Of a stretch of DNA of 64,000 nucleotides, positions 28,145-36,551 are shown piece by piece. Source of the DNA: Escherichia phage MIZ4. The notes under the pieces were generated by a model, which was not told the DNA's origin, did no database searches, and saw nothing but the letters and a program-made list of their open reading frames with translations. The translations under genes were made by a program, and so were the position numbers. The stretch is taken from sequence record OR167180, one strand, 5' to 3'. How positions within the stretch are numbered: the first letter of the stretch is position 1; each line of letters begins with the position of its first letter.

Positions 28145-28368
28145 TTAAATGATCTCTGCTTCACCGTTAAGGAAGAAGGACCATGTTTTGTTAGGATAAC
28201 GAAGCGCCCATGATTCAGCAGTTTTAACACCAGCTTCGAACAATTGACGGCTGGTTACTTTAGCCATACCATCTTCGATGGCAACGTTTTCAATAATCAT
28301 CGGGTACTTAGCGCCACGCATGAAACCGAAGCCAGCGGAAGATTTGATAATTTTAACAGTTGCCATTT
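28145..28368 (-). CDS. small paralog family B member
   Basis: MATVKIIKSSAGFGFMRGAKYPMIIENV; start set at the cassette RBS. Confidence 0.4.
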
Positions 28369-28404
28369 TTGATTCTCCTAGAAAGTGTCGTGTTTCGATG
28401 GGTG

Positions 28405-28434
28405 TATTATGCAATAACACCGGATCGCTGTCAA
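28405..28434 (-). promoter_or_regulatory. early promoter cassette, TTGACA-18-ATAATA
   Basis: minus strand TTGACA GCGATCCGGTGTTATTGC ATAATA then leader CACCCATCGAAACACGAC. Confidence 0.5.
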
Positions 28435-28452
28435 CACTTTATAAGAAAAATT

Positions 28453-28737
28453 TTAAATTAATCGAATATAACCAAGAATTTCAGCGCCTTTAGCCAGTCC
28501 TAAAACTTCCCATTCAAGGTCGCCGTAGTCATAATTTGCAACCATCAACTGACCATTTTTCATGCAGCAATCATGAGAGAAAATTTGCCCAGCATAAACT
28601 ACGATAGTAATAAACTTTCCTGATTCTGGCGGTGTGGAAGACAAAGCGACCATATGACCATTCAGCTTAGTAACCAGTGATGGAACAATAAAATTCGGGC
28701 TTACCTTAATACCGTTAAATTCGTTTGTGTCTTTCAT
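28453..28737 (-). CDS. hypothetical protein
   Basis: 94-aa ORF. Confidence 0.3.
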   Translation of the reverse strand: MKDTNEFNGIKVSPNFIVPSLVTKLNGHMVALSSTPPESGKFITIVVYAGQIFSHDCCMKNGQLMVANYDYGDLEWEVLGLAKGAEILGYIRLI

Positions 28738-29084
28738 GCCAGACCTCGCAAAACACTAATAGCATAATCATGCTGGTTATTCATAATATCAATTGCATTG
28801 TGATAACGAGCTAAACCATCAAGGATAAATTCTTGTTTATCCTGTTTCAGTTTGGTATCACGCGCAGCCATAAGAGCATCGAGAACAGGTCCAAAGTGAT
28901 TATCTAATTCATCTTCGGTTGCAATGTTTCCTATTGCCTCGTCGATCCGTGATTCTAATGCTTGCTTTTCGTTGATCACTTGCTGGGTATATTCCAACAC
29001 ATCAAGAATATCGCGGGTAACGTCGCCATGATAAGGTATTCCCGCATGAAGATGATCAATTAATCGCTGAATATCAATGTTCAT
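28734..29084 (-). CDS. hypothetical protein
   Basis: 116-aa ORF. Confidence 0.3.
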   Translation of the reverse strand: MNIDIQRLIDHLHAGIPYHGDVTRDILDVLEYTQQVINEKQALESRIDEAIGNIATEDELDNHFGPVLDALMAARDTKLKQDKQEFILDGLARYHNAIDIMNNQHDYAISVLRGLA

Positions 29085-29419
29085 TTGTAACCCTCCTCTG
29101 AAAGCACATCCCAGATCGTTGAGTCAAGATGCATTAAATTCCACATAATAGAGTCATAACTACCGAAGCCAGAAGTAAAAATTACATCACACTGGCGATA
29201 GGTCTTATGAAAATCGGTGGCTGTCTCTGCATCAATAGGCATATCGTCACCGGAAAGCACCAGACATTTAAGAATCATAACTCTGTTAGCCGTTGGCGCT
29301 TGCTTAGTCTTTTCAGCATATTTTTCGATGATCCGTTTTGCCTTTTCTTCTTTGATACGTCCAGACCAAATCCGGTTTCGGTATTGATTCATAATAATTT
29401 CAATCACATCATTTTGCAT
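29081..29419 (-). CDS. hypothetical protein
   Basis: 112-aa ORF. Confidence 0.3.
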   Translation of the reverse strand: MQNDVIEIIMNQYRNRIWSGRIKEEKAKRIIEKYAEKTKQAPTANRVMILKCLVLSGDDMPIDAETATDFHKTYRQCDVIFTSGFGSYDSIMWNLMHLDSTIWDVLSEEGYK

Positions 29420-29618
29420 TCTTCACGGTCTCCATAATTGTTTTGTAAGCCAGTTTAAGATGATCACCGAAAAACTTTGCATTGTTACCCTTCGGATCGC
29501 GGAGCATGGTTTCTACGATCTCATAGGCAGTAACAATTTCTCCTTTCTTTGCTGCATGTTCTACCATATACTTCAAAGTTTCTTCGGAGGAAAGTGCTGC
29601 GGCTACTGGATTAATCAT
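29409..29618 (-). CDS. hypothetical protein
   Basis: 69-aa ORF starting at the cassette RBS. Confidence 0.3.
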   Translation of the reverse strand: MINPVAAALSSEETLKYMVEHAAKKGEIVTAYEIVETMLRDPKGNNAKFFGDHLKLAYKTIMETVKNAK

Positions 29619-29646
29619 TTTGGTTCTCCTTTGTTGTCGATGTGTG

Positions 29647-29676
29647 CATTATGCTATACCATATTCCGGTTGTCAA
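29647..29676 (-). promoter_or_regulatory. early promoter cassette, TTGACA-18-ATAATG
   Basis: minus strand TTGACA ACCGGAATATGGTATAGC ATAATG, directly after terminator 29693-29712. Confidence 0.5.
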
Positions 29677-29692
29677 CACCTAAAAACGAAAA

Positions 29693-29712
29693 AGCCACCC
29701 TTTCGGATGGCT
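29693..29712. terminator. bidirectional rho-independent terminator
   Basis: AGCCACCC TTTC GGATGGCT hairpin flanked by A-run and T-run. Confidence 0.6.
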
Positions 29713-29946
29713 TTTTGATTATATTTTATTCACGTCCATTTGTATAGTAGTGTTTGAATCGACCTTTGCTAAACTCGTTAAACATAGTAACCAATTCACC
29801 ATCCCTTTCCAATGATAAACCTTCCTCGTCTTAGACGGGTCTTCCGATTAGGTAGTAATTGAACACGCGAAAGTATGAGGAAGCCAAATAGTTGTGTTAA
29901 TGCTAGTATTCTTTTACTTCTGGTATGCATCCCACAGTGACTAACA

Positions 29947-30345
29947 TTAAGCCAGTCGAGTGAGTTTATAAATTGTTTTAAAGCATAGAGCTTTGATATC
30001 GTCTAAAACGCTCTGTAACGAGCTATCAACATCATTATAAATCTCACTAGCCATTTGCGTTAACTCTTGCAAATAGGCAATTTCGCTAATCTCCTTGCGG
30101 ACGACCAACTTTGGCTGATAACGACCAGTGATCCCAATATTGGTTTCAGTGAAATTATCAACCAATTCTTGCATTTCAAGATAGAACTCTTCTAGAGCCT
30201 TATGTTTTGCATAAGATCCAGGACCAGTTACCCCAAAATGCGCAGAATGCATATAAGTAACACTCATCAGACATTCACCGATAAAGCGGTCAACTTTATT
30301 AGCCTTTCCCTCTTCGGACGTCTTTAGAAAATCACTGAATTTCAT
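29947..30345 (-). CDS. hypothetical protein
   Basis: 132-aa ORF. Confidence 0.35.
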   Translation of the reverse strand: MKFSDFLKTSEEGKANKVDRFIGECLMSVTYMHSAHFGVTGPGSYAKHKALEEFYLEMQELVDNFTETNIGITGRYQPKLVVRKEISEIAYLQELTQMASEIYNDVDSSLQSVLDDIKALCFKTIYKLTRLA

Positions 30346-30634
30346 GTTCTCGATTCTCCATATTATTCAACAGAACAAATTGTTGTGCGGCATATCCCCC
30401 CATAATAAAACACTGCCTAGAATCCATACATTTACTACGAGCATACATCTTCATAATATGGGCATGAAATTTCTGGCTGGTTTCAATGGAAGGAGATATT
30501 TTGTTTACATATACTATCATTGCGCCGTCGAAATAATCAGTAAAGTCACCAGTTGGATCATATTGATCAGCACTGACACTTCCGACCGCAGTCAAGCATA
30601 TTGCCGCTGTTAGAGTTTTACGAATAAATGACAT
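30332..30634 (-). CDS. hypothetical secreted protein
   Basis: N-terminal signal-peptide-like MSFIRKTLTAAICLTAVGSVSA. Confidence 0.35.
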   Translation of the reverse strand: MSFIRKTLTAAICLTAVGSVSADQYDPTGDFTDYFDGAMIVYVNKISPSIETSQKFHAHIMKMYARSKCMDSRQCFIMGGYAAQQFVLLNNMENREHEIQ

Positions 30635-30702
30635 AAGTCATTCCCCCAGATTGAAAATATTCAATTATATTTATAATCTGGGGCTTTATTTATGATTAAC
30701 TC

Positions 30703-31299
30703 TTATTTGGTAGTACCGTCAATAAAATGTTTACGGCACACAGAAACATATTTATCCTCTGCACCAACTTCTATTTGAGCACCATCGCGAATAACATTAC
30801 CCTCTTTATCTACACGAAGGACCATTGTTGCTTTCTTACCACAATGACAAATACCCTTCATTTCGACCAGTTTATCAGCAAATGCCATTAATGCCGCAGA
30901 TCCTTCAAATAGATTGCCCTGAAAGTCAGTGCGAAGGCCATAGCACAGTACAGGGATATTAGCATCATCAACAAGCGCACACAAGCCTAAAACATGCTCT
31001 TTAGTCATAAATTGGGCTTCGTCTACAAAAACTGCATCTGGACGCCATCGATCCGGTCTACGCTTACCTAACGATTCACGATAAACCAAGTCGAAAAGAT
31101 CATCCGATTTAGTGAAGGTGATCGCTGGAGCACTTAGACCAATTCGGGAAACGACTTCACTTTCTGAATCTCGATTATCAATCGCTGGCTTAAGAATTAA
31201 TACTCGCATATCACGTTCGGTATAGTTATAAGCACTTTGTAACAGGGAAGTTGATTTGCCAGCGTTCATAGATGCATAGTAGAAATATAATTGCGCCAT
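30703..31299 (-). CDS. tk: thymidine kinase
   Basis: MNAGKST P-loop, VLILKPAIDNRD, VFVDEAQF, YGLRTDF, ICHCGKKA, CRKH match T4 Tk. Confidence 0.85.
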   Translation of the reverse strand: MAQLYFYYASMNAGKSTSLLQSAYNYTERDMRVLILKPAIDNRDSESEVVSRIGLSAPAITFTKSDDLFDLVYRESLGKRRPDRWRPDAVFVDEAQFMTKEHVLGLCALVDDANIPVLCYGLRTDFQGNLFEGSAALMAFADKLVEMKGICHCGKKATMVLRVDKEGNVIRDGAQIEVGAEDKYVSVCRKHFIDGTTK

Positions 31300-31592
31300 T
31301 AATTAATCTCCAAAAATCCAGCAAGACCTAAACCGATATAAGTCCAGATACAAAGGAAAAAGAAGCAAACACCCATAGCAAAGATAAATCCGCGTAGTGT
31401 CTTTGGATAACCTACCCAATATTCCCGACCATCTTCTAACCGGATCAGTTTATTTCCTTGCGAGTCCATATCAACTACAACATGTTTATTTCGAGATTGC
31501 AATAGATATTGTTTTACAATCTCAATACCCGCCATAATAACAATAACGAAAATAAAAGTCCACACAACAAGATTAATGATAGTCTCAAGCAT
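31299..31592 (-). CDS. hypothetical membrane protein
   Basis: 97-aa ORF with two hydrophobic segments. Confidence 0.35.
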   Translation of the reverse strand: MLETIINLVVWTFIFVIVIMAGIEIVKQYLLQSRNKHVVVDMDSQGNKLIRLEDGREYWVGYPKTLRGFIFAMGVCFFFLCIWTYIGLGLAGFLEIN

Positions 31593-31827
31593 TTTCTATC
31601 ACCTCCACCCAATCAGGTGTTTCCTGAAAGACTCCTTCACCTTCATGATGGTCACAACCTTTATTGCTGCAATACATCCACCAATCCCACATTCCCCACG
31701 GTAAACGCTGCATATCGTCGTTACAGCAAGTGAATATAATAGGCCAACCACATCTAACACATTGGCAGTTTTCTTTCATGTGAGCGGTATTCGGCTTCTT
31801 CATAGATGACTCCAATATAATCGACAT
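31585..31827 (-). CDS. hypothetical cysteine-rich protein
   Basis: 80-aa ORF. Confidence 0.3.
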   Translation of the reverse strand: MSIILESSMKKPNTAHMKENCQCVRCGWPIIFTCCNDDMQRLPWGMWDWWMYCSNKGCDHHEGEGVFQETPDWVEVIENA

Positions 31828-32030
31828 TTACATTTAGGGCAATGCGGTTCTTTAATATAATACCCGTCTGTCTTTGGAACACTAACAGGAGCGGTTTTTA
31901 TATTGTATTCAGTGAAACAACGAAAACAAGTTACGTTTTCTACAGACTGACGTTTCACCCAATCACCGGAATATAGATCATTTTTATTTGTCATATTCAA
32001 CCACCACAATGTTAATGTCTGGAGTAGCAA
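31800..32030 (-). CDS. hypothetical protein
   Basis: 76-aa ORF. Confidence 0.3.
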   Translation of the reverse strand: MLLQTLTLWWLNMTNKNDLYSGDWVKRQSVENVTCFRCFTEYNIKTAPVSVPKTDGYYIKEPHCPKCKCRLYWSHL

Positions 32031-32439
32031 TATTAATGATCTCTTCTACACATTCCCACTCAAGGCCACCGATACCGCAACCGATTTTAGGAATATAGAA
32101 AGGCTGTATAGCACCTTCAAAAACATCATTGATAGTCTCAAATCCTTTCAGGATAGCACCATATTCAGCATTTGGACCCGGTCGGAATTGGGTATATAGA
32201 TTCACCCCGCACCAGTTATAACCATTAACTTGATGCGTCCAGACACTAAACCAACCCAGCTTTTCTACCTTACCGCGAGAAGTTTGCTTGTCAATCTCTA
32301 ACGTTTGCGGGAACTCTTTCGCGATCTTTGCAGCAATACCAGCGCCCATAGTATGAAAACAATTACAACCATGAATTAAATGACCGTTTCCTTGTTTAAA
32401 CAGGGCGATGAGATCGCCCTTTACAGTATCAATAATCAT
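31984..32439 (-). CDS. macro-domain protein (ADP-ribose binding/hydrolase fold)
   Basis: HGCNCFHTMGAGIAAKI and a glycine-rich IGCGIGGL element typical of macro domains. Confidence 0.55.
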   Translation of the reverse strand: MIIDTVKGDLIALFKQGNGHLIHGCNCFHTMGAGIAAKIAKEFPQTLEIDKQTSRGKVEKLGWFSVWTHQVNGYNWCGVNLYTQFRPGPNAEYGAILKGFETINDVFEGAIQPFYIPKIGCGIGGLEWECVEEIINIATPDINIVVVEYDK

Positions 32440-32454
32440 AATATAAACCTCTCA

Positions 32455-32814
32455 TTAGTCACGGGAAGACAACCCAGCCATAAAACGGCTTAACAGTGTG
32501 TCGCGATAAGCAAAGCATAATTGCTTATCAGGGGCAGTATCACAAAGGTTGCGTTTTGTTTTAGCAAAGCTGGCAATACTCAGATCCCACGCTCGATTTT
32601 TTCGTTTTTCGTCTCGACCTTGTTTGTATGCTTCATCAAGTTCGAGCGCGATAAAATCACTACACATGTTATCATCATCACAGAAAGTTTTAATGATCTT
32701 TTTGTTGATCTCAAATCCTTTGTATTCAAACTTTGGATAAGGGCGCTCATTACTAGCAAGCGCACCAGCCGAGAACATCATAGCAATCATAGCAATTATT
32801 GTCAACTTTTTCAT
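32455..32814 (-). CDS. hypothetical periplasmic protein
   Basis: signal-peptide-like MKKLTIIAMIAMMFSAGALA plus several cysteines. Confidence 0.4.
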   Translation of the reverse strand: MKKLTIIAMIAMMFSAGALASNERPYPKFEYKGFEINKKIIKTFCDDDNMCSDFIALELDEAYKQGRDEKRKNRAWDLSIASFAKTKRNLCDTAPDKQLCFAYRDTLLSRFMAGLSSRD

Positions 32815-32821
32815 ATATTCC

Positions 32822-33412
32822 TCAATAGCGTTTAGTCTTAAGAATGCCTTTACTCTTTAGATGGTTAGCCTTTTTTAGTACGTCATCAGCATAACCTAAT
32901 CCGGCTTTATAGTTCCATCCAGCATTGTAAGAAGCTAGCGCGAGTCGGATATTACCGTTTCGAACATCCAGCCAGTATGCTAACTCATCCATCGCGTAGA
33001 ATGCAGAAACCTCGCGATTCATGATAAAGTTGATAGTCTGGCGATCACTCATTTTAACACCGCGCTTTGCATTTTTCGCTTTCACCGTTTTAAGGTAATT
33101 TTGAAATAATCCATAAGCATGATGATTTTTCTTTGGTGCTAAGTTTGCACCCGCGCTTGATTCTTGCCATGCGATACCCGCCAGGATGTGACCTAAACCC
33201 TTTCCGTTATAGCGAATATTCGGATGGTACTTTTTCAACTTACCGCTTTTCTCGAATTGCTCGCCGTATTGATAGGCGAAATGTAAATTATCTAGTTGGT
33301 GTGCTGTAAAGTTGTCTATCGGCGCTTTTTTGATCGGTGCGCTAGTCGATGCGTGTGTAGCACCAACGGCTAGTGACAGACTCAATACTATCGCTTTTAG
33401 AACTTTTAACAT
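32822..33412 (-). CDS. secreted lytic transglycosylase-like protein (SLT domain)
   Basis: signal peptide; SLT family motifs AWQESS, GLFQ, SYNAGWN. Confidence 0.55.
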   Translation of the reverse strand: MLKVLKAIVLSLSLAVGATHASTSAPIKKAPIDNFTAHQLDNLHFAYQYGEQFEKSGKLKKYHPNIRYNGKGLGHILAGIAWQESSAGANLAPKKNHHAYGLFQNYLKTVKAKNAKRGVKMSDRQTINFIMNREVSAFYAMDELAYWLDVRNGNIRLALASYNAGWNYKAGLGYADDVLKKANHLKSKGILKTKRY

Positions 33413-33497
33413 TAATTTCTCCTGTTTGGCTTAACTTTCTGATTCCATAATATAGCCCTATCACCAGAAAGTCAAGCATTATTTTAACCAATTTCCA

Positions 33498-33920
33498 TTA
33501 TTGGTCTACCTTCAAAACAACCGCCGACATTTTACCCGCCAGTCGTTTTGGATTCTCTATAATCATTCGGCAGCATAGACCGTGATATGGCTTACCCTCT
33601 TCGATTAGATCTACTGTCATCCCGATCCACATGTTACCGTCAGTAATTTCTAATCGATTCGGTCGGTCTTCCATTTTCAGGAAGTCGAAGATCTCCGGCA
33701 AACGAGTTTCTATCTTATTGAATAGTTCCATTGTCTTATGTTCATCGATATGACGATCGGTTAGACGGTCGATCATATGCGGACTAAATCGAATGAAAAT
33801 ATACTCACCGTAACCATCATTCAAGCACTTTTCTTTGATCTGCGCATTGGTTTTGCGCATTTCGGTTTCGAAGAATCTACGCAGCTTACTACGGCGAACA
33901 TGTACGTTAATTGTTTCCAT
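33498..33920 (-). CDS. regB: endoribonuclease RegB
   Basis: INVHVRRSKLRRFFE, RLEITDGNMWIGMTV, CRMIIENPKRLAGK match T4 RegB; start taken at METINV. Confidence 0.8.
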   Translation of the reverse strand: METINVHVRRSKLRRFFETEMRKTNAQIKEKCLNDGYGEYIFIRFSPHMIDRLTDRHIDEHKTMELFNKIETRLPEIFDFLKMEDRPNRLEITDGNMWIGMTVDLIEEGKPYHGLCCRMIIENPKRLAGKMSAVVLKVDQ

Positions 33921-33924
33921 TTTA

Positions 33925-34260
33925 TTATCCTTTCTTAAACAAATTGCGAAGCCAGTATACAAACGGGATTTCTTTAAACTTGAATTTCTCAATAGTTAAT
34001 TCTTTAGTAGCAAGATGAATACCATAAGCATCATGTGTAACTATATGCCATTTTCTATAGTCCAAATGTGAACAACCGTCTGGATCTAGGTTAATAAGAG
34101 TTTCTCGCTCACTAGGATTATTTTTCCACAATTTTGTAATAGGATCGCACATAATTCGACCTAGCGTACCATGAATAATCTCACAACGGTAAAGTTTTCC
34201 AGCAGTGAGATAGGCGCACCCGTCATAGTCGGTATAAACAAACACTTCTTTAACACTCAT
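33925..34260 (-). CDS. small paralog family C member
   Basis: DGCSHLDYRKW motif; start at the cassette RBS (MSVKEVF). Confidence 0.35.
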   Translation of the reverse strand: MSVKEVFVYTDYDGCAYLTAGKLYRCEIIHGTLGRIMCDPITKLWKNNPSERETLINLDPDGCSHLDYRKWHIVTHDAYGIHLATKELTIEKFKFKEIPFVYWLRNLFKKG

Positions 34261-34291
34261 TTTAATACTCCTTTGTTGTTTCGATGGGGGT

Positions 34292-34320
34292 ATATTACTA
34301 CCCCCGATCATGTGTGTCAA
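34292..34320 (-). promoter_or_regulatory. early promoter cassette, TTGACA-17-TAATAT, palindrome GGGGGTA..TACCCCC
   Basis: minus strand TTGACA CACATGATCGGGGGTAG TAATAT ACCCCC then CATCGAAACAAC leader. Confidence 0.5.
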
Positions 34321-34581
34321 CTACTTTTTCAAGATTTTTTTAATTGCATTCCAAAGACCTTTATTCCCAGGTTGTTTTGGTTCTTCGATCAGTGTCCATG
34401 TTCGACCGTCTAAGTGTGCACAATTTTTAAGACAAATAAAAATCTGGTGTCCTTTATCATCACGGATATAACCACTATTCGCAAATCTTTCATGTGGTGT
34501 ATATTCATACAGTGTATTTGGTGTAATATACTTGCGGTTACTATAAGGTGTCATCACATACATCATGGTACTAACTCCCAT
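34321..34581 (-). CDS. small paralog family C member
   Basis: YEYTP..GYIRDDKGHQIFICLKNCAHLDGRTW. Confidence 0.35.
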   Translation of the reverse strand: MGVSTMMYVMTPYSNRKYITPNTLYEYTPHERFANSGYIRDDKGHQIFICLKNCAHLDGRTWTLIEEPKQPGNKGLWNAIKKILKK

Positions 34582-34757
34582 TTATCACCGCGAAGATGAG
34601 AACATACACCATCAAGAAGGATCGTAATACGATAACCTATATCATCTTTGATGTAACCGATTGTCGGTGGATGTTCGTCGTCTCGTGCCGGGGTAAAATC
34701 ATACATCTTTCCAGGCGTAATATCTTGTCCTTTATTGCTATTGGTATAAACTTGCAT
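34563..34757 (-). CDS. small paralog family C member
   Basis: YDFTP..GYIKDDIGYRITILLDGVCSHLRGDKW. Confidence 0.35.
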   Translation of the reverse strand: MQVYTNSNKGQDITPGKMYDFTPARDDEHPPTIGYIKDDIGYRITILLDGVCSHLRGDKWELVP

Positions 34758-34778
34758 TTTCTTAATCTCCTATATTAA

Positions 34779-35477
34779 CTAACCACGGGTATAGTGTTCC
34801 AGAACAACTGTCAGATGAATATATTCTAATAGATCTTTCCAAAAGTCAACATCTGGTTCTTCCGGCATACCGTTTTTCTTTGCCTCTTCACGCGCGAGTT
34901 TAACACGCTCGTAGAGATCTTTCAATTCTTCCCGCACATTATCAAAGGTTCTTTCTCCTAACTTACACGCTAAAATAGAAGAACGTCGCGCGAGCGGGAA
35001 TTGTAGATCACCAGTTTGATAGATTTCAAGTAGCTGATAACCAACACGCAGAGCATGAGAAAGATCTTTCCAGTTACTGAAATACTTTTCAGATTTTGCT
35101 ACCTGTTTCTTGAGATAACCAGACAAACCCCACATCCCAACATGATAGAATTTATCGCGATGTGTTCGGATGTATTCCCATTCTCTGGAGGATTCAACCA
35201 ACATGTTACTAGGCGCGTGCACCATATCAATAGCGCCGATATCACCTTTACATGCCAGATTGATAAACCGTTTTAGACTGAACATATTAACGTCAATATC
35301 GTCTTTGGTGTTCTTGATACCTTGACCGCTAGTGCTTTGGTCATAGTGTTCTTTCATAGATCCTAAGATAATTTCTTTCGCAGTCGGAACAAAGATACCA
35401 CGATAATCTTTATCTGAATTTTCAGTATCAAGGCCGTACAAGTGAGATCCGAAGACCATTTTAACCATTGTATGCAT
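34779..35477 (-). CDS. nucleotidyltransferase (DNA polymerase beta superfamily fold)
   Basis: minimal NTase signature GSHLYGLDTENSDKDYRGIF (GS..x..D.D) near the N-terminus. Confidence 0.55.
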   Translation of the reverse strand: MHTMVKMVFGSHLYGLDTENSDKDYRGIFVPTAKEIILGSMKEHYDQSTSGQGIKNTKDDIDVNMFSLKRFINLACKGDIGAIDMVHAPSNMLVESSREWEYIRTHRDKFYHVGMWGLSGYLKKQVAKSEKYFSNWKDLSHALRVGYQLLEIYQTGDLQFPLARRSSILACKLGERTFDNVREELKDLYERVKLAREEAKKNGMPEEPDVDFWKDLLEYIHLTVVLEHYTRG

Positions 35478-35495
35478 AATTAAACCCTCAGTTGA

Positions 35496-36089
35496 TTAAA
35501 CGTATTCAGCAACAACATTATGTTTAAAATTACCGCTCCTTTTTGGATTTGGATTTTTCAATCGACTATGTATTAAATTTTTGTTGTATCCGGTTGCTTT
35601 AGACGCTTCGCCAATACTTTGATAAACAACACCATTAACACGAATCGGACGAGACTTATTAAACAGTTTATTCAATCCGGCATCATATGCATGGTTTTGG
35701 TTTTCTTGCCTCGTTGCGATCTCAAGATTCCAAACACAATTACAAGATTTTACCCCACTTTTATGATTAATTTCAAGACCTTCACAATCACCTATAAAGT
35801 GTTCAGCAACTAGTCTATGAATATAGCGATATTTCTTACTTTCCCCATCATGCAAGCATACATTATAATAACCATCACCAGCGCGTTTAGGTCGGAGTAG
35901 TTTACCTTTAACACGTTTTATAGTAGGGAACTCACCAAATTGATTTCTCTGGATAAACGGAATCTCGCGGTCTAATGAACGGATTCGACCATAGTTAGAC
36001 ACTTGATAAAAACTTTCATATCCTTTAATTGGCTTCCATATCTCAGGGATTTCTACACCATCAATAACAACAAGTTTAAATTCTTCCAT
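35496..36089 (-). CDS. freestanding HNH homing endonuclease (NUMOD4 + HNH)
   Basis: NUMOD4-like YESFYQVSNYGRIRS; HNH HRLVAEHF..INHKSG..CNCVWNLE..TRQEN. Confidence 0.75.
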   Translation of the reverse strand: MEEFKLVVIDGVEIPEIWKPIKGYESFYQVSNYGRIRSLDREIPFIQRNQFGEFPTIKRVKGKLLRPKRAGDGYYNVCLHDGESKKYRYIHRLVAEHFIGDCEGLEINHKSGVKSCNCVWNLEIATRQENQNHAYDAGLNKLFNKSRPIRVNGVVYQSIGEASKATGYNKNLIHSRLKNPNPKRSGNFKHNVVAEYV

Positions 36090-36109
36090 ACTTCACCTCA
36101 TAAAAATAA

Positions 36110-36131
36110 AGCCAACCCTTTCGGATTGGCT
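36110..36131 (-). terminator. rho-independent terminator
   Basis: AGCCAATCC GAAA GGGTTGGCT then T-rich tract on the minus strand. Confidence 0.55.
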
Positions 36132-36137
36132 TGTTGA

Positions 36138-36551
36138 TTACATAGATTCCGTAAAGGTACGGGTGATAATATCAAGTTGTTGTTCGCGTGTCAAGGCGTT
36201 GAAGCGGGTAGCATAACCACTGATTCGAATTGTAAGCTGCGGGTACTTCTCAGGATGTTCAACCGCATCAAGAAGAGTCTCCCGACGCAGTACATTCGCG
36301 TTGAGATGATGACCCGCGTTACTATTTACCCCGTTATCAATTGCTAAAGGACGGAAGCTAGTTGTGTGCAGTTCCAGCGAATCGACGTCTTCTGCGGTGA
36401 TCACATGATCTTCTGCGAAAGTTTTACTAACAATTACTTTAGCGCCGATCAGTGCTTTCGGTTCGGATACCAGAATCATAGGCGCGAAATGTCCACCGAT
36501 AATAGTACCTTTATGCTCACCTTTCATGATTTGAATTGCTTTAAATTCCAT
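36138..36551 (-). CDS. autonomous glycyl-radical cofactor (GrcA/YfiD-like)
   Basis: [57 protein letters not shown] closely matches E. coli YfiD, including the RxSGY radical motif. Confidence 0.8.
   Translation of the reverse strand: MEFKAIQIMKGEHKGTIIGGHFAPMILVSEPKALIGAKVIVSKTFAEDHVITAEDVDSLELHTTSFRPLAIDNGVNSNAGHHLNANVLRRETLLDAVEHPEKYPQLTIRISGYATRFNALTREQQLDIITRTFTESM

Noticed and set aside
28145-28420. N-terminal extensions in the ORF track that run through promoter cassettes (28420, 43000, 25141, 34320, 16153, 33992)
   Set aside because: The extensions overlap the -10/-35 hexamers and conserved leader. Starts were moved to the ATG following the conserved AGGAGAATCAAA RBS or to the T4-homologous start.
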